Notes under the pieces: model-generated
What the model was told of the DNA's origin: nothing
Database searches by the model: none
Seen by the model: only the letters and a program-made list of their open reading frames with translations
Assembly: GCA_003134045.1 (NCBI GenBank)
Contig: PLAH01000125.1
Coordinates: 31,828 to 95,827 of the forward strand
Origin: Gammaproteobacteria bacterium
GTDB taxonomy: Bacteria > Pseudomonadota > Gammaproteobacteria > Steroidobacterales > Steroidobacteraceae
Direction: 5' to 3'
Length of the DNA stretch: 64,000 nt
Shown here: one piece after another, positions 18,424 to 27,498 of the stretch
How the letters are laid out: every line of letters starts with the position of its first letter
How positions within the stretch are numbered: position 1 is the first letter of the stretch
Program-made: the position numbers and the translations under genes

Positions 18424-19101
18424 TCACTTTGGATGCGGAGCGGGGAGAACGCGGAAAAGATACTCGCGAATGTCCGCAATTTCGGCCGAACAGACCGCGT
18501 GCGCCATCGGATACTGGTGCCATTCCACCGCGTAGCCGTGGGTTCGGAGCTCATCGCGCGACTCCAGCCCCATCGCGATCGGCAGAGTGCCGTCGGCGAG
18601 CCCATGTGCCATGAAAATCGACAATCCGTCGTTGGCCGGCGAGCGCTCGCCATCGAGAAGACTCGCCAACGGCAGATAGGCGGATAGCGCCATGACGCCG
18701 GCCAGCCGCTCCGGGTATCGAGGCGCCGTGTAGAGCGACACCGCGCCGCCCTGCGAGAATCCCGCGAGCACGATGCGACCGGCTGGAATTCCGCGGGCGA
18801 TTTGCTCGGCGATCAAGGCGCGAATCGCCCGGTCGGTGTCGCGAAAGCCGGCTTCGTCCTCCCGGGCTTTTCGATCCAGGCCGAGGATGTCGTACCACGC
18901 CCGCATACGCATCCCGCCGTTCAGAGTCACGGGACGAGGGGTTGCATGCGGGAACACGAACCGCCAGGCGCGTTCACCGCGACGGACCAGTTCGGGCACG
19001 ACCGGCTCGAAGTCATGCCCATCCGCGCCCAACCCGTGCAGCCAGATGATCGCCGCATCCGGCTGCGGCGCCGTCTCTATTTCGATGGTTTCCAGCGTCA
19101 T
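18424..19101 (-). CDS. Alpha/beta hydrolase, carboxylesterase/phospholipase family
   Basis: Track ORF 225 aa. IIWLHGLGADGHDF, nucleophile elbow GFSQGG, C-terminal His in YPMAHAV. Confidence 0.85.
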   Translation of the reverse strand: MTLETIEIETAPQPDAAIIWLHGLGADGHDFEPVVPELVRRGERAWRFVFPHATPRPVTLNGGMRMRAWYDILGLDRKAREDEAGFRDTDRAIRALIAEQIARGIPAGRIVLAGFSQGGAVSLYTAPRYPERLAGVMALSAYLPLASLLDGERSPANDGLSIFMAHGLADGTLPIAMGLESRDELRTHGYAVEWHQYPMAHAVCSAEIADIREYLFRVLPAPHPK

Positions 19102-19234
19102 ACTACAAGCCTACTAGAATCCCGGCACCGTGGCGTCGACCAGTTCGAACCCCCGCGACCGGTCGATCCATGGTGCCGAAGTTCCAGGCGCCGCACTGCC
19201 GTCCCGCGGGCTTGAAATCGCATTTGACAGTTCC

Positions 19235-19269
19235 TGCATTTTTATGCAAACTGTGCGCAACTTTATGCA
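19235..19269 (+). promoter_or_regulatory. Tandem ARG-box-like operator upstream of argR
   Basis: TGCATTTTTATGCA (19235-19248, perfect palindrome). A second copy, CGCAACTTTATGCA (19256-19269), matches it at 11 of 14 positions and is offset by 21 bp. TTGACA at 19224-19229 just upstream. Resembles the E. coli ARG box TGAAT-AT rich-ATTCA architecture (two 18-bp boxes separated by 3 bp). Confidence 0.55.
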
Positions 19270-19292
19270 CCGGCCCGCACCCGCCATCGCCC

Positions 19293-19754
19293 ATGATCCG
19301 CTCTGACACCGACAATTCCAGTGCACCGGCACGCCGCACGATGCTCGCGAAAATCATTCGCGAGCAGGTCGTCGGCCGCCAGGTACAGCTGGTCGCGATG
19401 TTGCGCGAACATGGCCACGTCGCCACCCAATCGAGCGTGAGCCGCGACCTGCGCGAGCTGGGCGTGGCCAAACTGGGCGACCGCTACGTGTTGCCCGACG
19501 GTGCCGCGGCGCCGAAGAACGATTTCTCCACGTTGAAGCAATTCGTCAGCGCCCAGCTGACGGCCGGCACCAACCTCACGGTGCTCAAGACCACCGTCGG
19601 CTCGGCGCAGAGCGTGGCGGTTGCCATCGATACCGCCCGCTGGCCCGAGGTGGTGGGCACGATTTCCGGTGACGACACCATTTTCATCGCCACGGCCGGA
19701 GCGCGCGAGCAACGCAAGCTCGGATTACGCCTCCGCGCCATTTTCGGACGCTAA
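19293..19754 (+). CDS. argR: Arginine repressor
   Basis: Track ORF 19170..19754 trimmed to MIRSDTDN (ATG 19293). HTH ATQSSVSRDLRELG, C-terminal oligomerisation/arginine-binding GTISGDDTIFIA. Confidence 0.85.
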   Translation: MIRSDTDNSSAPARRTMLAKIIREQVVGRQVQLVAMLREHGHVATQSSVSRDLRELGVAKLGDRYVLPDGAAAPKNDFSTLKQFVSAQLTAGTNLTVLKTTVGSAQSVAVAIDTARWPEVVGTISGDDTIFIATAGAREQRKLGLRLRAIFGR

Positions 19755-19759
19755 CCTCT

Positions 19760-21004
19760 ATGACATCGACTACCCTCACGGGCGCTGAGCCCATTCTTTT
19801 GGCTTTTTCCGGCGGACTGGACACCTCCTTCTGCGTGCCCTGGCTCAAGGATACGTATCGACGGCCGGTCATCACGGTCACGGTGGACACCGGCGGCATC
19901 GACGCCGATGCGGCGGCCAGTCTCGAGCGGCGGTCGGTGCAGCTCGGCGCCATCGAGCATCATTTGATCGATGCCCGCGCGGCCTATTTCGATCAGGTAC
20001 TCAAATACCTCATCATGGGCAATGTGCGCAGGGGCGGCCTCTACCCCTTGAGCGTGGGGGCCGAGCGCGTGCTGCAGGCGCAAACCATCGCGCAGATGGC
20101 GCTCCACCTCGGGACCACGATGGTGGCGCACGGCTGCACGGCCGCCGGCAACGACCAGGTCCGCTTCGAGGTGGCGCTGCGTACGCTGGCGCCCGATCTC
20201 GAGATCATCGCACCGGTACGCGATCGCGCCTTCAAACGGCCGGAGCAGCTCAAGTACCTCGAGGATCACCGATTGCCCATTCCGCCGTTCGGCGGCGCCT
20301 ATTCGGTGAACCGCGGACTCTGGGGCGTCACGATTGGCGGCAAGGAGACGCTCACGTCGGACGGCAGCATTCCGGAGGATGCATGGGTCTTGTCGAGGGA
20401 CGCCTTCTCGAACCCGCGCCCAGCGGAGCGGCACACCGTCGGCTTCGCCGCGGGCGTGCCCGTCAGTCTCGATGGCGTGACGCAATCCGCGGTCTCGATC
20501 ATCGAGCAGCTCGAATCGCTGGCGGGGCCCTTCGGCATCGGCCGCGGCATCCATCTGGGCGACACGGTCATCGGCACCAAGGGGCGCGTGGCATTCGAGG
20601 CGCCGGCCGCCGATGTCCTCCTGACCGCGCATCGTGAACTCGAGAAACTGGTGCTGACCGGCAAGCAGGCTCGCATCAAGGAAACGGTGGCGCAGCCGTA
20701 CGGCGATCTGCTGCATGAAGGCCAGCATCTGGATCCGGCGTGCCGCGATATCGAGGCGCTGCTCGCCTCCTCCCAAGCGCGCGTCACCGGCGAGGTCCGA
20801 GTGCTGTTCCGCCCCGGGAGCGTTTTCATCGAGGGCGTGACGTCGCCGTTCTCGCTGATGGCCGCTTCCAAAGGCGTGTACGGCGAAGCGGCCGGCGAAT
20901 GGACGCCCACCGACGCGCTGGGTTATTCGAAAATGCTGGCCTTGACGGGAATCTTCTACAAACGCGCGGGCACCAAAGCGGCCGCCGAAGCGAGCGAATC
21001 ATGA
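19760..21004 (+). CDS. argG: Argininosuccinate synthase
   Basis: Track ORF 414 aa. ATP-binding AFSGGLDTS, GCTAAGNDQVRFE. Confidence 0.9.
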   Translation: MTSTTLTGAEPILLAFSGGLDTSFCVPWLKDTYRRPVITVTVDTGGIDADAAASLERRSVQLGAIEHHLIDARAAYFDQVLKYLIMGNVRRGGLYPLSVGAERVLQAQTIAQMALHLGTTMVAHGCTAAGNDQVRFEVALRTLAPDLEIIAPVRDRAFKRPEQLKYLEDHRLPIPPFGGAYSVNRGLWGVTIGGKETLTSDGSIPEDAWVLSRDAFSNPRPAERHTVGFAAGVPVSLDGVTQSAVSIIEQLESLAGPFGIGRGIHLGDTVIGTKGRVAFEAPAADVLLTAHRELEKLVLTGKQARIKETVAQPYGDLLHEGQHLDPACRDIEALLASSQARVTGEVRVLFRPGSVFIEGVTSPFSLMAASKGVYGEAAGEWTPTDALGYSKMLALTGIFYKRAGTKAAAEASES

Positions 21005-22089
21005 GCGGCATGCGCACCGTGGTGGTCCATAAGATCGCCTCGATCACCCAGGCGTGCGGGCTGTCGCACGAGATTCGCATTTCGCCCGAAATCCCGTGCG
21101 AGGAAGGCGTGGTGCTGGTGGTCGAGATTCTCAACAGCAAGGCCAATTACAACACCCTGGAACTGACCAGCGGGCGCATGGCCAAGGTGTCGCGCGGCGA
21201 CATCGTGGTCGGCGCGCTCGGCCATCGCAAGGCCTTGTTCGGCTACTCGGGCCACATCCCGGACTCATTGAAGCCGGGCGATGTGGTGCAAATGTTGAAC
21301 ATCGGCGGCGTTCTCGGCATCTGCGATTCGGCGACCCAGGACAAGGGCAAGCCGTTCGATTGCAAGGTGCTCGGCACGGTATTGGCCTTCCCGTTTCTGG
21401 GCGAGCGCATCGGCGTGCCCGCGCGCGTGGGCTACAAGGCGCTGGACTACGACGCCGGGCTCGAGATGCGCGGCGTGCCCGTGGTCGCGCTGGCGGGCAC
21501 CTGCATGGAAGCCGGCAAGACGGCGGCGGCCTCCGCCATCATCGCGCGCATGCGCCACCGCGGCCTCGTCGTCGACGCGTTCAAGGCGACCGGGGTCTCG
21601 CTCCGGCGCGACATTTTGGCATTCGAGGACTCCGGTGCCCGCCGCACCATGATCTTCACCGACTTCGGCATCGTGACCACGACCGAGAAATGCGGTCCCG
21701 CCTTGACGCGGTCCATGCTCACGGAAATGGCGGCCGGTAAGCCGGACGTGATCGTGTTCGAGCTCGGCGATGGACTGCTGGGTACCTACGGGGTGCAGTC
21801 GATCTTGAGCCAGGCCGACATCAAATCGGCATTGACCGCCGTGGTGTTGTCCGCCAACGATCCGGTCGCCGCGTGGGGCGGAATCAAGCTGTTGCGGGAG
21901 CGCTTCGGCATCGAGCCGGCCGTCGTGACCGGCCCCGCGACGGACAATCAGGTCGGCGTGGATCTCATCCGGGACCAATTGAAGGTCGAGGCGTTCAATG
22001 CCATCAGCAATCCCGCGGACCTCGGCGATTATCTGATCGCAAGGCTCGGCATCCAGCATGCCGGCGAATCGAAGGTGGCCGGCGCGTGA
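21001..22089 (+). CDS. Uncharacterised arg-operon protein X with a deviant P-loop (possibly DUF1611/DgcN-related)
   Basis: Track ORF 20740..22089 trimmed to MSGMRTVVVHK. ATG 21001 overlaps the argG stop (ATGA), and its own stop overlaps the argC GTG start (GTGA). Motif VVALAGTCMEAGKTAAASAIIARM has G-x5-GK spacing, as in the GTDCAVGK motif I recall for DUF1611 proteins. Confidence 0.75.
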   Translation: MSGMRTVVVHKIASITQACGLSHEIRISPEIPCEEGVVLVVEILNSKANYNTLELTSGRMAKVSRGDIVVGALGHRKALFGYSGHIPDSLKPGDVVQMLNIGGVLGICDSATQDKGKPFDCKVLGTVLAFPFLGERIGVPARVGYKALDYDAGLEMRGVPVVALAGTCMEAGKTAAASAIIARMRHRGLVVDAFKATGVSLRRDILAFEDSGARRTMIFTDFGIVTTTEKCGPALTRSMLTEMAAGKPDVIVFELGDGLLGTYGVQSILSQADIKSALTAVVLSANDPVAAWGGIKLLRERFGIEPAVVTGPATDNQVGVDLIRDQLKVEAFNAISNPADLGDYLIARLGIQHAGESKVAGA

Positions 22090-23147
22090 CCGAGCGCATA
22101 CCCGCCATCGTGCTCGGCGGCACCGGCTACGTGGCCGGCGAATTGCTGCGCTTGATCGCGGGACATCCGCATCTCGAGGCCGCGGCCATTCTGTCCGACA
22201 GCCAGCCCGGCGCGCCCGTCGCCGCGGCGTTCCCCCATCTGCGCAGCGCCTATCCGCGCTTGAAATTCAGCGGCCTCGAGGAGATCGAAGCGCTGCTGCG
22301 CGGCGCGCCCCGCTCGGCGCTGTTTTCCGCCGCCCCGCATGGCGCGGCCGCGGGCCTCATCGATCGGCTGCTGGGCGCGTCCGAGTCGGCGGGAAACCGG
22401 ACCCATTGCGTCGATATCTCGGCCGACTTTCGCTACACCAGTGCGGCCGCCTACGAATCCGTCTACAAGCACGCCCACGGCGCGCCCGCACGCATCCGGC
22501 AATTCACGTGTGCGGTTCCCGAGCACCTGGCGAGCTCGCCGACGCCGCACGTCGCCCATCCCGGGTGCTTCGCGACGGCCACCCTATTGGCCAGCGTGCC
22601 GCTGTTGGCGCTCGGCCTCACCGATGCGCGCCTGTTCGTGACGGGCATCACCGGCAGCACGGGCTCCGGCCGCAAACCCACCGAAGGCACGCACCATCCG
22701 CAGCGCCACAGCGATTTTTACAGTTATGGCGCCTTGAGTCATCGGCACGTGCCCGAGATCGCGGCGTGCGCCAGGCTGGCGACGGACATCGACGCGGAAT
22801 TCAACTTCGTGCCGCATTCGGGGCCGTTCGCCCGCGGCATCCATGTCACCGTGCAGGCGAGTCTCAAAAAGCCCATCGACAGCGCGCAGGCGCTCGAAGC
22901 GCTGGCGGCCTACTACGCGGACTGCCGCTTCGTGAAGGTGCTCGACACGGCGCCGCGGGTCAAGGACGTGGCGACCAGCAGCTACGCCCACTTGAGCGCG
23001 GTCACCAACGGCTCGTCCATCGCGGTCATGGCGGTACTCGACAATTTGAACAAGGGCGCCGCCGGCGGCGGCATGCAATGGATGAACCGCCTGCTCGGGT
23101 TCGACGAGGGCACGGGGCTTCTGGCGCCGGCTCCCGGTTGGACTTGA
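22086..23147 (+). CDS. argC: N-acyl-gamma-glutamyl-phosphate reductase
   Basis: Track ORF 21873..23147 trimmed to GTG 22086 (VTERIPAIVLGGTGYVAGELLRL). Active-site Cys in HPGCFATA. Confidence 0.85.
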   Translation: MTERIPAIVLGGTGYVAGELLRLIAGHPHLEAAAILSDSQPGAPVAAAFPHLRSAYPRLKFSGLEEIEALLRGAPRSALFSAAPHGAAAGLIDRLLGASESAGNRTHCVDISADFRYTSAAAYESVYKHAHGAPARIRQFTCAVPEHLASSPTPHVAHPGCFATATLLASVPLLALGLTDARLFVTGITGSTGSGRKPTEGTHHPQRHSDFYSYGALSHRHVPEIAACARLATDIDAEFNFVPHSGPFARGIHVTVQASLKKPIDSAQALEALAAYYADCRFVKVLDTAPRVKDVATSSYAHLSAVTNGSSIAVMAVLDNLNKGAAGGGMQWMNRLLGFDEGTGLLAPAPGWT

Positions 23148-23167
23148 GAACGGCTGGGGGCAACGTG

Positions 23168-24343
23168 ATGGCAGCGACATCGGCAAACAGTCAGTCCGCG
23201 CAGCTCGTGAAGAGCCACCTGGCACAGGTGTTCGCGCAGTATCCCATCGAAGTGGCGCACGGCGACGGCGTCTGGCTGCACGCACGCGACGGCCGCAAGA
23301 TTCTGGATTTTTACGGCGGCCACGCGGTCGCGGGACTGGGTTACGGCCACCCTCGCTGGTTGGCCGCGCTCGAGCGCCAGGCGCGACAGATGGCGTTTCA
23401 GACCAATGCGTTGCCGATGGTCATCCGTGAACGGGCCGCCGCGCGGCTGGTGAAATTCGCGGGCCTTGGGCTCAATACGGTGTTCTGGATCAACAGCGGT
23501 GCCGAGGCCAATGAAAATGCCTTGAAGCTGGCGTTCAAGATCACCGGCCGCAGCAAGGCCGTGGCCTTGGAACAGGGCTGGCACGGCAGAACCGCGGCGG
23601 CCGGCGCGGTGACCTGGGGTGCGCTGGAGAAATGGTACGGCTTCCCGCGCACGCCCTTCGATGTGAGCTTCGCGCCGCGCGACAACCCGGCGGCGGTGGA
23701 GCGGTTCGTGGATAAACACACCGCCGCCGTCATCGTCGAACCCGTGCAGGGAGTGGGCGGCGCCTACGGCATCGGCAAGCCGATGCTGCAAGCGCTTAAG
23801 GCACGTTGCGACGATGTGGGCGCGGTGTTGATCTTCGACGAAGTGCAATGCGGCATGGGGCGCACGGGCGCGCCGTTCGCCGCGAATTACTACGGCGTCA
23901 CGCCGGACATCATCACGGCCGCCAAGGCGCTGGGCAACGGCTTCCCGGTGTCCGCCGTATTGCTGTCCAAGCGCGTGGCGGACAGCATCAAGTACGACGA
24001 CATGGGCACCACCTTCGGCGGCGGACCCATGGCCTGTGCGGTTGCCGAAGCCGTGATCGACACCATCGAGTCCGAGTCGCTGCTGGCGAACGTGCGCCAG
24101 GTGTCTACGTATATCCGATCGAACTGCGTCATCGGCCCCATCACGGGCACGCAGGGCGCCGGATTTCTGCTCGGGCTCAAGACCTCGCGGCCCGCCAAAG
24201 AGATTCAGGCCGCGCTCCTGGAGAAGAACATTCTGACCGGCACCAGCGGCGATGCGCACGTGCTGCGGCTGCTGCCCGCGTACATCTTGAACGAAGGGCA
24301 CGTCGATCAGCTGCGCGACGCACTCTCGACCATTCCCGCATGA
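23168..24343 (+). CDS. argD: Acyl-ornithine aminotransferase (class III PLP aminotransferase)
   Basis: Track ORF 22058..24343 trimmed to MAATSANS (ATG 23168). INSGAEANE, FDEVQCGMGRTG, PLP Lys in TAAKALGNG. Confidence 0.85.
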   Translation: MAATSANSQSAQLVKSHLAQVFAQYPIEVAHGDGVWLHARDGRKILDFYGGHAVAGLGYGHPRWLAALERQARQMAFQTNALPMVIRERAAARLVKFAGLGLNTVFWINSGAEANENALKLAFKITGRSKAVALEQGWHGRTAAAGAVTWGALEKWYGFPRTPFDVSFAPRDNPAAVERFVDKHTAAVIVEPVQGVGGAYGIGKPMLQALKARCDDVGAVLIFDEVQCGMGRTGAPFAANYYGVTPDIITAAKALGNGFPVSAVLLSKRVADSIKYDDMGTTFGGGPMACAVAEAVIDTIESESLLANVRQVSTYIRSNCVIGPITGTQGAGFLLGLKTSRPAKEIQAALLEKNILTGTSGDAHVLRLLPAYILNEGHVDQLRDALSTIPA

Positions 24344-25335
24344 AACGCTTTCTGGATCTCGCCGACTTCAGCCGCGAGCAGATTCTCGATCTGCTCGCGC
24401 TCGCGCAATCCTTGCAGGATCATCCGCAACCGCGGGCGCTCGCCGGCAAGATCTTGGGGCTGGTGTTCTTGAACCCGTCATTGCGTACGCTGGCCTCGTT
24501 CCAGGTCGGCATGTCGCGGCTCGGCGGCGACTCGTTCGTCATCACGCCCGGGCAGGGAACCTGGCAGCTCGAGACGCGTCTGAACGCCGTCATGAACGGC
24601 GCCGCCGCCGAGCACGTGCGCGAGGGCATACCGGTACTCGCGTCTTATTGCGACGCGCTGGGCGTGCGCGCTTTCGCCGACGGCAAGGCGCTGCAGAGCG
24701 ATCTCAACGAGACTTTTTTCGGCATGATCGACGGGTTGTGCGACAAACCGCTCATCAACATGGAATCCGCCATGAACCATCCGTGCCAGGCGCTGGCGGA
24801 CTGGCGCACGCTGGATGAGCTGCGCATACCGAAACGCTCCAAGTTCGTGTTGAGTTGGGCCTATCACCCCAAGCCGCTGCCGCTCGCCGTGCCCGCCGCC
24901 ATCCTGCACATGGCTGCCATGCGCGGCATGGAAGTCGTGGTCGCGCGGCCGGATGGGTTCGCGTTGCCTCCGCAAATCATGGCCAAGGCGCGCGTGGCCG
25001 CCGCTTCGGCCGGCGGCTCGGTGAACGAAACGTCCGACCGTACCGAGGCGCTCGCCGGTGCGCAGGTACTGTACGCCAAGGAGTGGGGCAGCACCCTGCA
25101 CTACGGCGATGCGCAAGGCGACTCGCGCTTGCGGGCCGGCCTCGCGGATTGGTGCGTGAACGAGCGCTGGTTCACGGGCGCGCTGCCCGACGCCAAGCTC
25201 ATGCATTGTCTACCCGTGCGGCGCAACGTCGCCGTCGCGGATGAAGTCCTGGATGGTCCTCGTTCCCTCGTCCGGCTCGAGGCCTTCAATCGTTTGGCGG
25301 TGCAGATGGCCGTTCTGCACCGCATGCTGGCGTGA
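24340..25335 (+). CDS. argF: N-acyl-ornithine carbamoyltransferase (AOTCase/SOTCase family)
   Basis: Track ORF 23806..25335 trimmed to MKRFLDLADF (ATG 24340, ATGA overlap with the argD stop). FLNPSLRTLAS, MNHPCQALAD, HCLPVRRN. Closer by eye to the Xanthomonas/Bacteroides ArgF' type than to classical OTCase. Confidence 0.85.
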   Translation: MKRFLDLADFSREQILDLLALAQSLQDHPQPRALAGKILGLVFLNPSLRTLASFQVGMSRLGGDSFVITPGQGTWQLETRLNAVMNGAAAEHVREGIPVLASYCDALGVRAFADGKALQSDLNETFFGMIDGLCDKPLINMESAMNHPCQALADWRTLDELRIPKRSKFVLSWAYHPKPLPLAVPAAILHMAAMRGMEVVVARPDGFALPPQIMAKARVAAASAGGSVNETSDRTEALAGAQVLYAKEWGSTLHYGDAQGDSRLRAGLADWCVNERWFTGALPDAKLMHCLPVRRNVAVADEVLDGPRSLVRLEAFNRLAVQMAVLHRMLA

Positions 25336-25360
25336 CGGCTGCCGTTTCGGAGTAATTCCT

Positions 25361-26311
25361 ATGATGAGTCGACCTGACCCTTCCGTCGCCGTGCTGGCGC
25401 TCATGAGCGCAGCGCCCTACATACGCATGTACAAGAACAAAGTGTTCATCATCAAGGTGGGCGGCGCCGTATTCAGCGATGAAACCTCGACGCGAGCCCT
25501 GATCGAACAAGTCGCGATCCTGCACCAGGTCGGCGTCAAGACCGTCCTGGTCCACGGCGGCGGCCCGCAGCTCGACAGCATGCAGGCAACCCTCGGCATC
25601 GAAACGCGGATGGTGAACGGCCGGCGCGTCACGGACCAAAAATCGATCGATGTGACCTCGATGGTGCTGAATGGTCTCATCAACACCCGCATCCTCGCCA
25701 TTTGCCGGGAGCTCGGCATCGAGGCCATCGGTCTGTCCGGCGTCGACGCAGGCCTCATCCGGGCGCACCGGCGCGCGCCGGTTCCCGTCTCGGCGGGCTC
25801 CACCGAAACCGTCGATTACGGCTTCGTGGGCGACATCGACTCGGTCAATGCCGCGGTGCTCGAGAAGCTGTTGGAGGACGGACTGATGCCGGTGGTGAGC
25901 CCGCTATCGGCCGACTCGAACGGCGTGCTGCTCAACATCAATGCCGACACGGTGGCGGCGGCCATCGGCGGCGCGTTGGCGGCGGAAAAGCTGGTGATTT
26001 GCACGGGCGCGCCGGGCATTCTGGAACGAGCGGAGGATCCGAGCACCATCGTCTCCTACACGGACATCAACGGCCTGCGGCGCATGCGCGATCAGGGCCT
26101 CCTGAAAGATGGCATGCTGCCCAAGGCCACGGCGATCGAGAATGCCATCCGCGGCGGCGTGCGGCGCGTGCACGTCATCACGTACAAATCGACCGATAGC
26201 CTGCTCGCCGAGATCTTCACCAACGAAGGCACCGGCACTCTCGTGGTCGCCGACTTGAACGCGTTGAGTCCGGCGGAACAGAAGAGCGCAGCGCAGGTCT
26301 TAAGCGGATGA
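25361..26311 (+). CDS. argB: Acetylglutamate kinase (short, kinase-only form, 316 aa)
   Basis: Track ORF 25241..26311 trimmed to MMSRPD (ATG 25361). IIKVGGAV, LVHGGGPQ, NINADT. Confidence 0.85.
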   Translation: MMSRPDPSVAVLALMSAAPYIRMYKNKVFIIKVGGAVFSDETSTRALIEQVAILHQVGVKTVLVHGGGPQLDSMQATLGIETRMVNGRRVTDQKSIDVTSMVLNGLINTRILAICRELGIEAIGLSGVDAGLIRAHRRAPVPVSAGSTETVDYGFVGDIDSVNAAVLEKLLEDGLMPVVSPLSADSNGVLLNINADTVAAAIGGALAAEKLVICTGAPGILERAEDPSTIVSYTDINGLRRMRDQGLLKDGMLPKATAIENAIRGGVRRVHVITYKSTDSLLAEIFTNEGTGTLVVADLNALSPAEQKSAAQVLSG

Positions 26312-27498
26312 CCCGGCTCTGGGACAAGGGGACGCCGCTCGATGCGCGAGTGCTGGCGTACACGGCCGGCGACGACCATGTGCTCGATGACCGATTGGTC
26401 GAATACGACGTGCGTGCGTCGATCGCCCACGCGGAAATGCTCGGGGAACGCGGCTTGCTTTCCGCCGGCGACCTGATCGCGATCCGCGACGCGCTCACCG
26501 CCATCGGCCAGGAACACGCGCGACGGGAGTGGCGCGTTACGCTCGATCAGGAGGACTGCCAGACGGCGATCGAGAACCTGTTGACGGCGCGCATCGGCGC
26601 CACCGGCGGACGCTTGCACGCGGGCCGCTCGCGCAACGATCAGGTGCTCGCCGCGCTGCGGCTGTATCTGCAGGACGCGGCCGCGGCGCTGCACGCCGGC
26701 GCCATCGCGGTGGCGCAAGCGCTCGACGCGCTCGCGGCACGCGACGGATCGATCGAACTGCCCGGCTACACCCATATGCAGCAGGCCATGCCCAGTTCGG
26801 TGGCGCTGTGGGCCTCAGGGTTCGCCGCCGAGATTCGCGACGACGCGCAGGGCCTGCAGTTGACGCAGCGGCGGGCATCCAAGAATCCGCTCGGATCCGC
26901 CGCCGGTTACGGCACGCCGAACCTCGATGTCAGCCGCGAATCGACGCGCAAGCGCCTGGGCTTCAGCGTGACCCACGAGCCGGTCACCGCGGTGCAGTTG
27001 TCGCGCGGCAAGGCGGAAGCGCACCTGCTGTTCGAGATCACGTTGCTGACGCAGGATATCGGGCGGCTTGCCGCCGACTTGATGCTGTTCTACACGCAGG
27101 AGTACGGCTTCGTCAGCCTGCCCGCCGAGTTCACGACGGGCTCCTCGATCATGCCGCAGAAGCGCAATCCCGACGTGTTCGAACTGATGCGCGGGCGCAG
27201 CTCCGTGGCCCAGGCGGCGCTCAACGAGGTGCTGGGCATCACGCAGAAGTTGAGTTCGGGCTACCACCGCGATTTGCAGCTCATCAAACCGCCGTTGTTT
27301 CGCGGCATCGACTCGTGTCTGCAGACCCTCGACATCCTGCCGAGTGCCCTCGCAGGCGTGCGCTTCAACGAGTCCCGTATCCGCATGGACCCGAGCATCC
27401 ACGCGGCCGCCGAGGCGAACGCCCTGGTGGCGAAGGAAGGCATTCCGTTCCGCGAGGCCTATCAGCGGATTGGCGCGAAACTCAAGGATTCGACGTGA
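26308..27498 (+). CDS. argH: Argininosuccinate lyase
   Basis: Track ORF 396 aa. ATG overlaps the argB stop (ATGA). GRSRNDQV and GSSIMPQKRNPD signatures. Confidence 0.9.
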   Translation: MTRLWDKGTPLDARVLAYTAGDDHVLDDRLVEYDVRASIAHAEMLGERGLLSAGDLIAIRDALTAIGQEHARREWRVTLDQEDCQTAIENLLTARIGATGGRLHAGRSRNDQVLAALRLYLQDAAAALHAGAIAVAQALDALAARDGSIELPGYTHMQQAMPSSVALWASGFAAEIRDDAQGLQLTQRRASKNPLGSAAGYGTPNLDVSRESTRKRLGFSVTHEPVTAVQLSRGKAEAHLLFEITLLTQDIGRLAADLMLFYTQEYGFVSLPAEFTTGSSIMPQKRNPDVFELMRGRSSVAQAALNEVLGITQKLSSGYHRDLQLIKPPLFRGIDSCLQTLDILPSALAGVRFNESRIRMDPSIHAAAEANALVAKEGIPFREAYQRIGAKLKDST

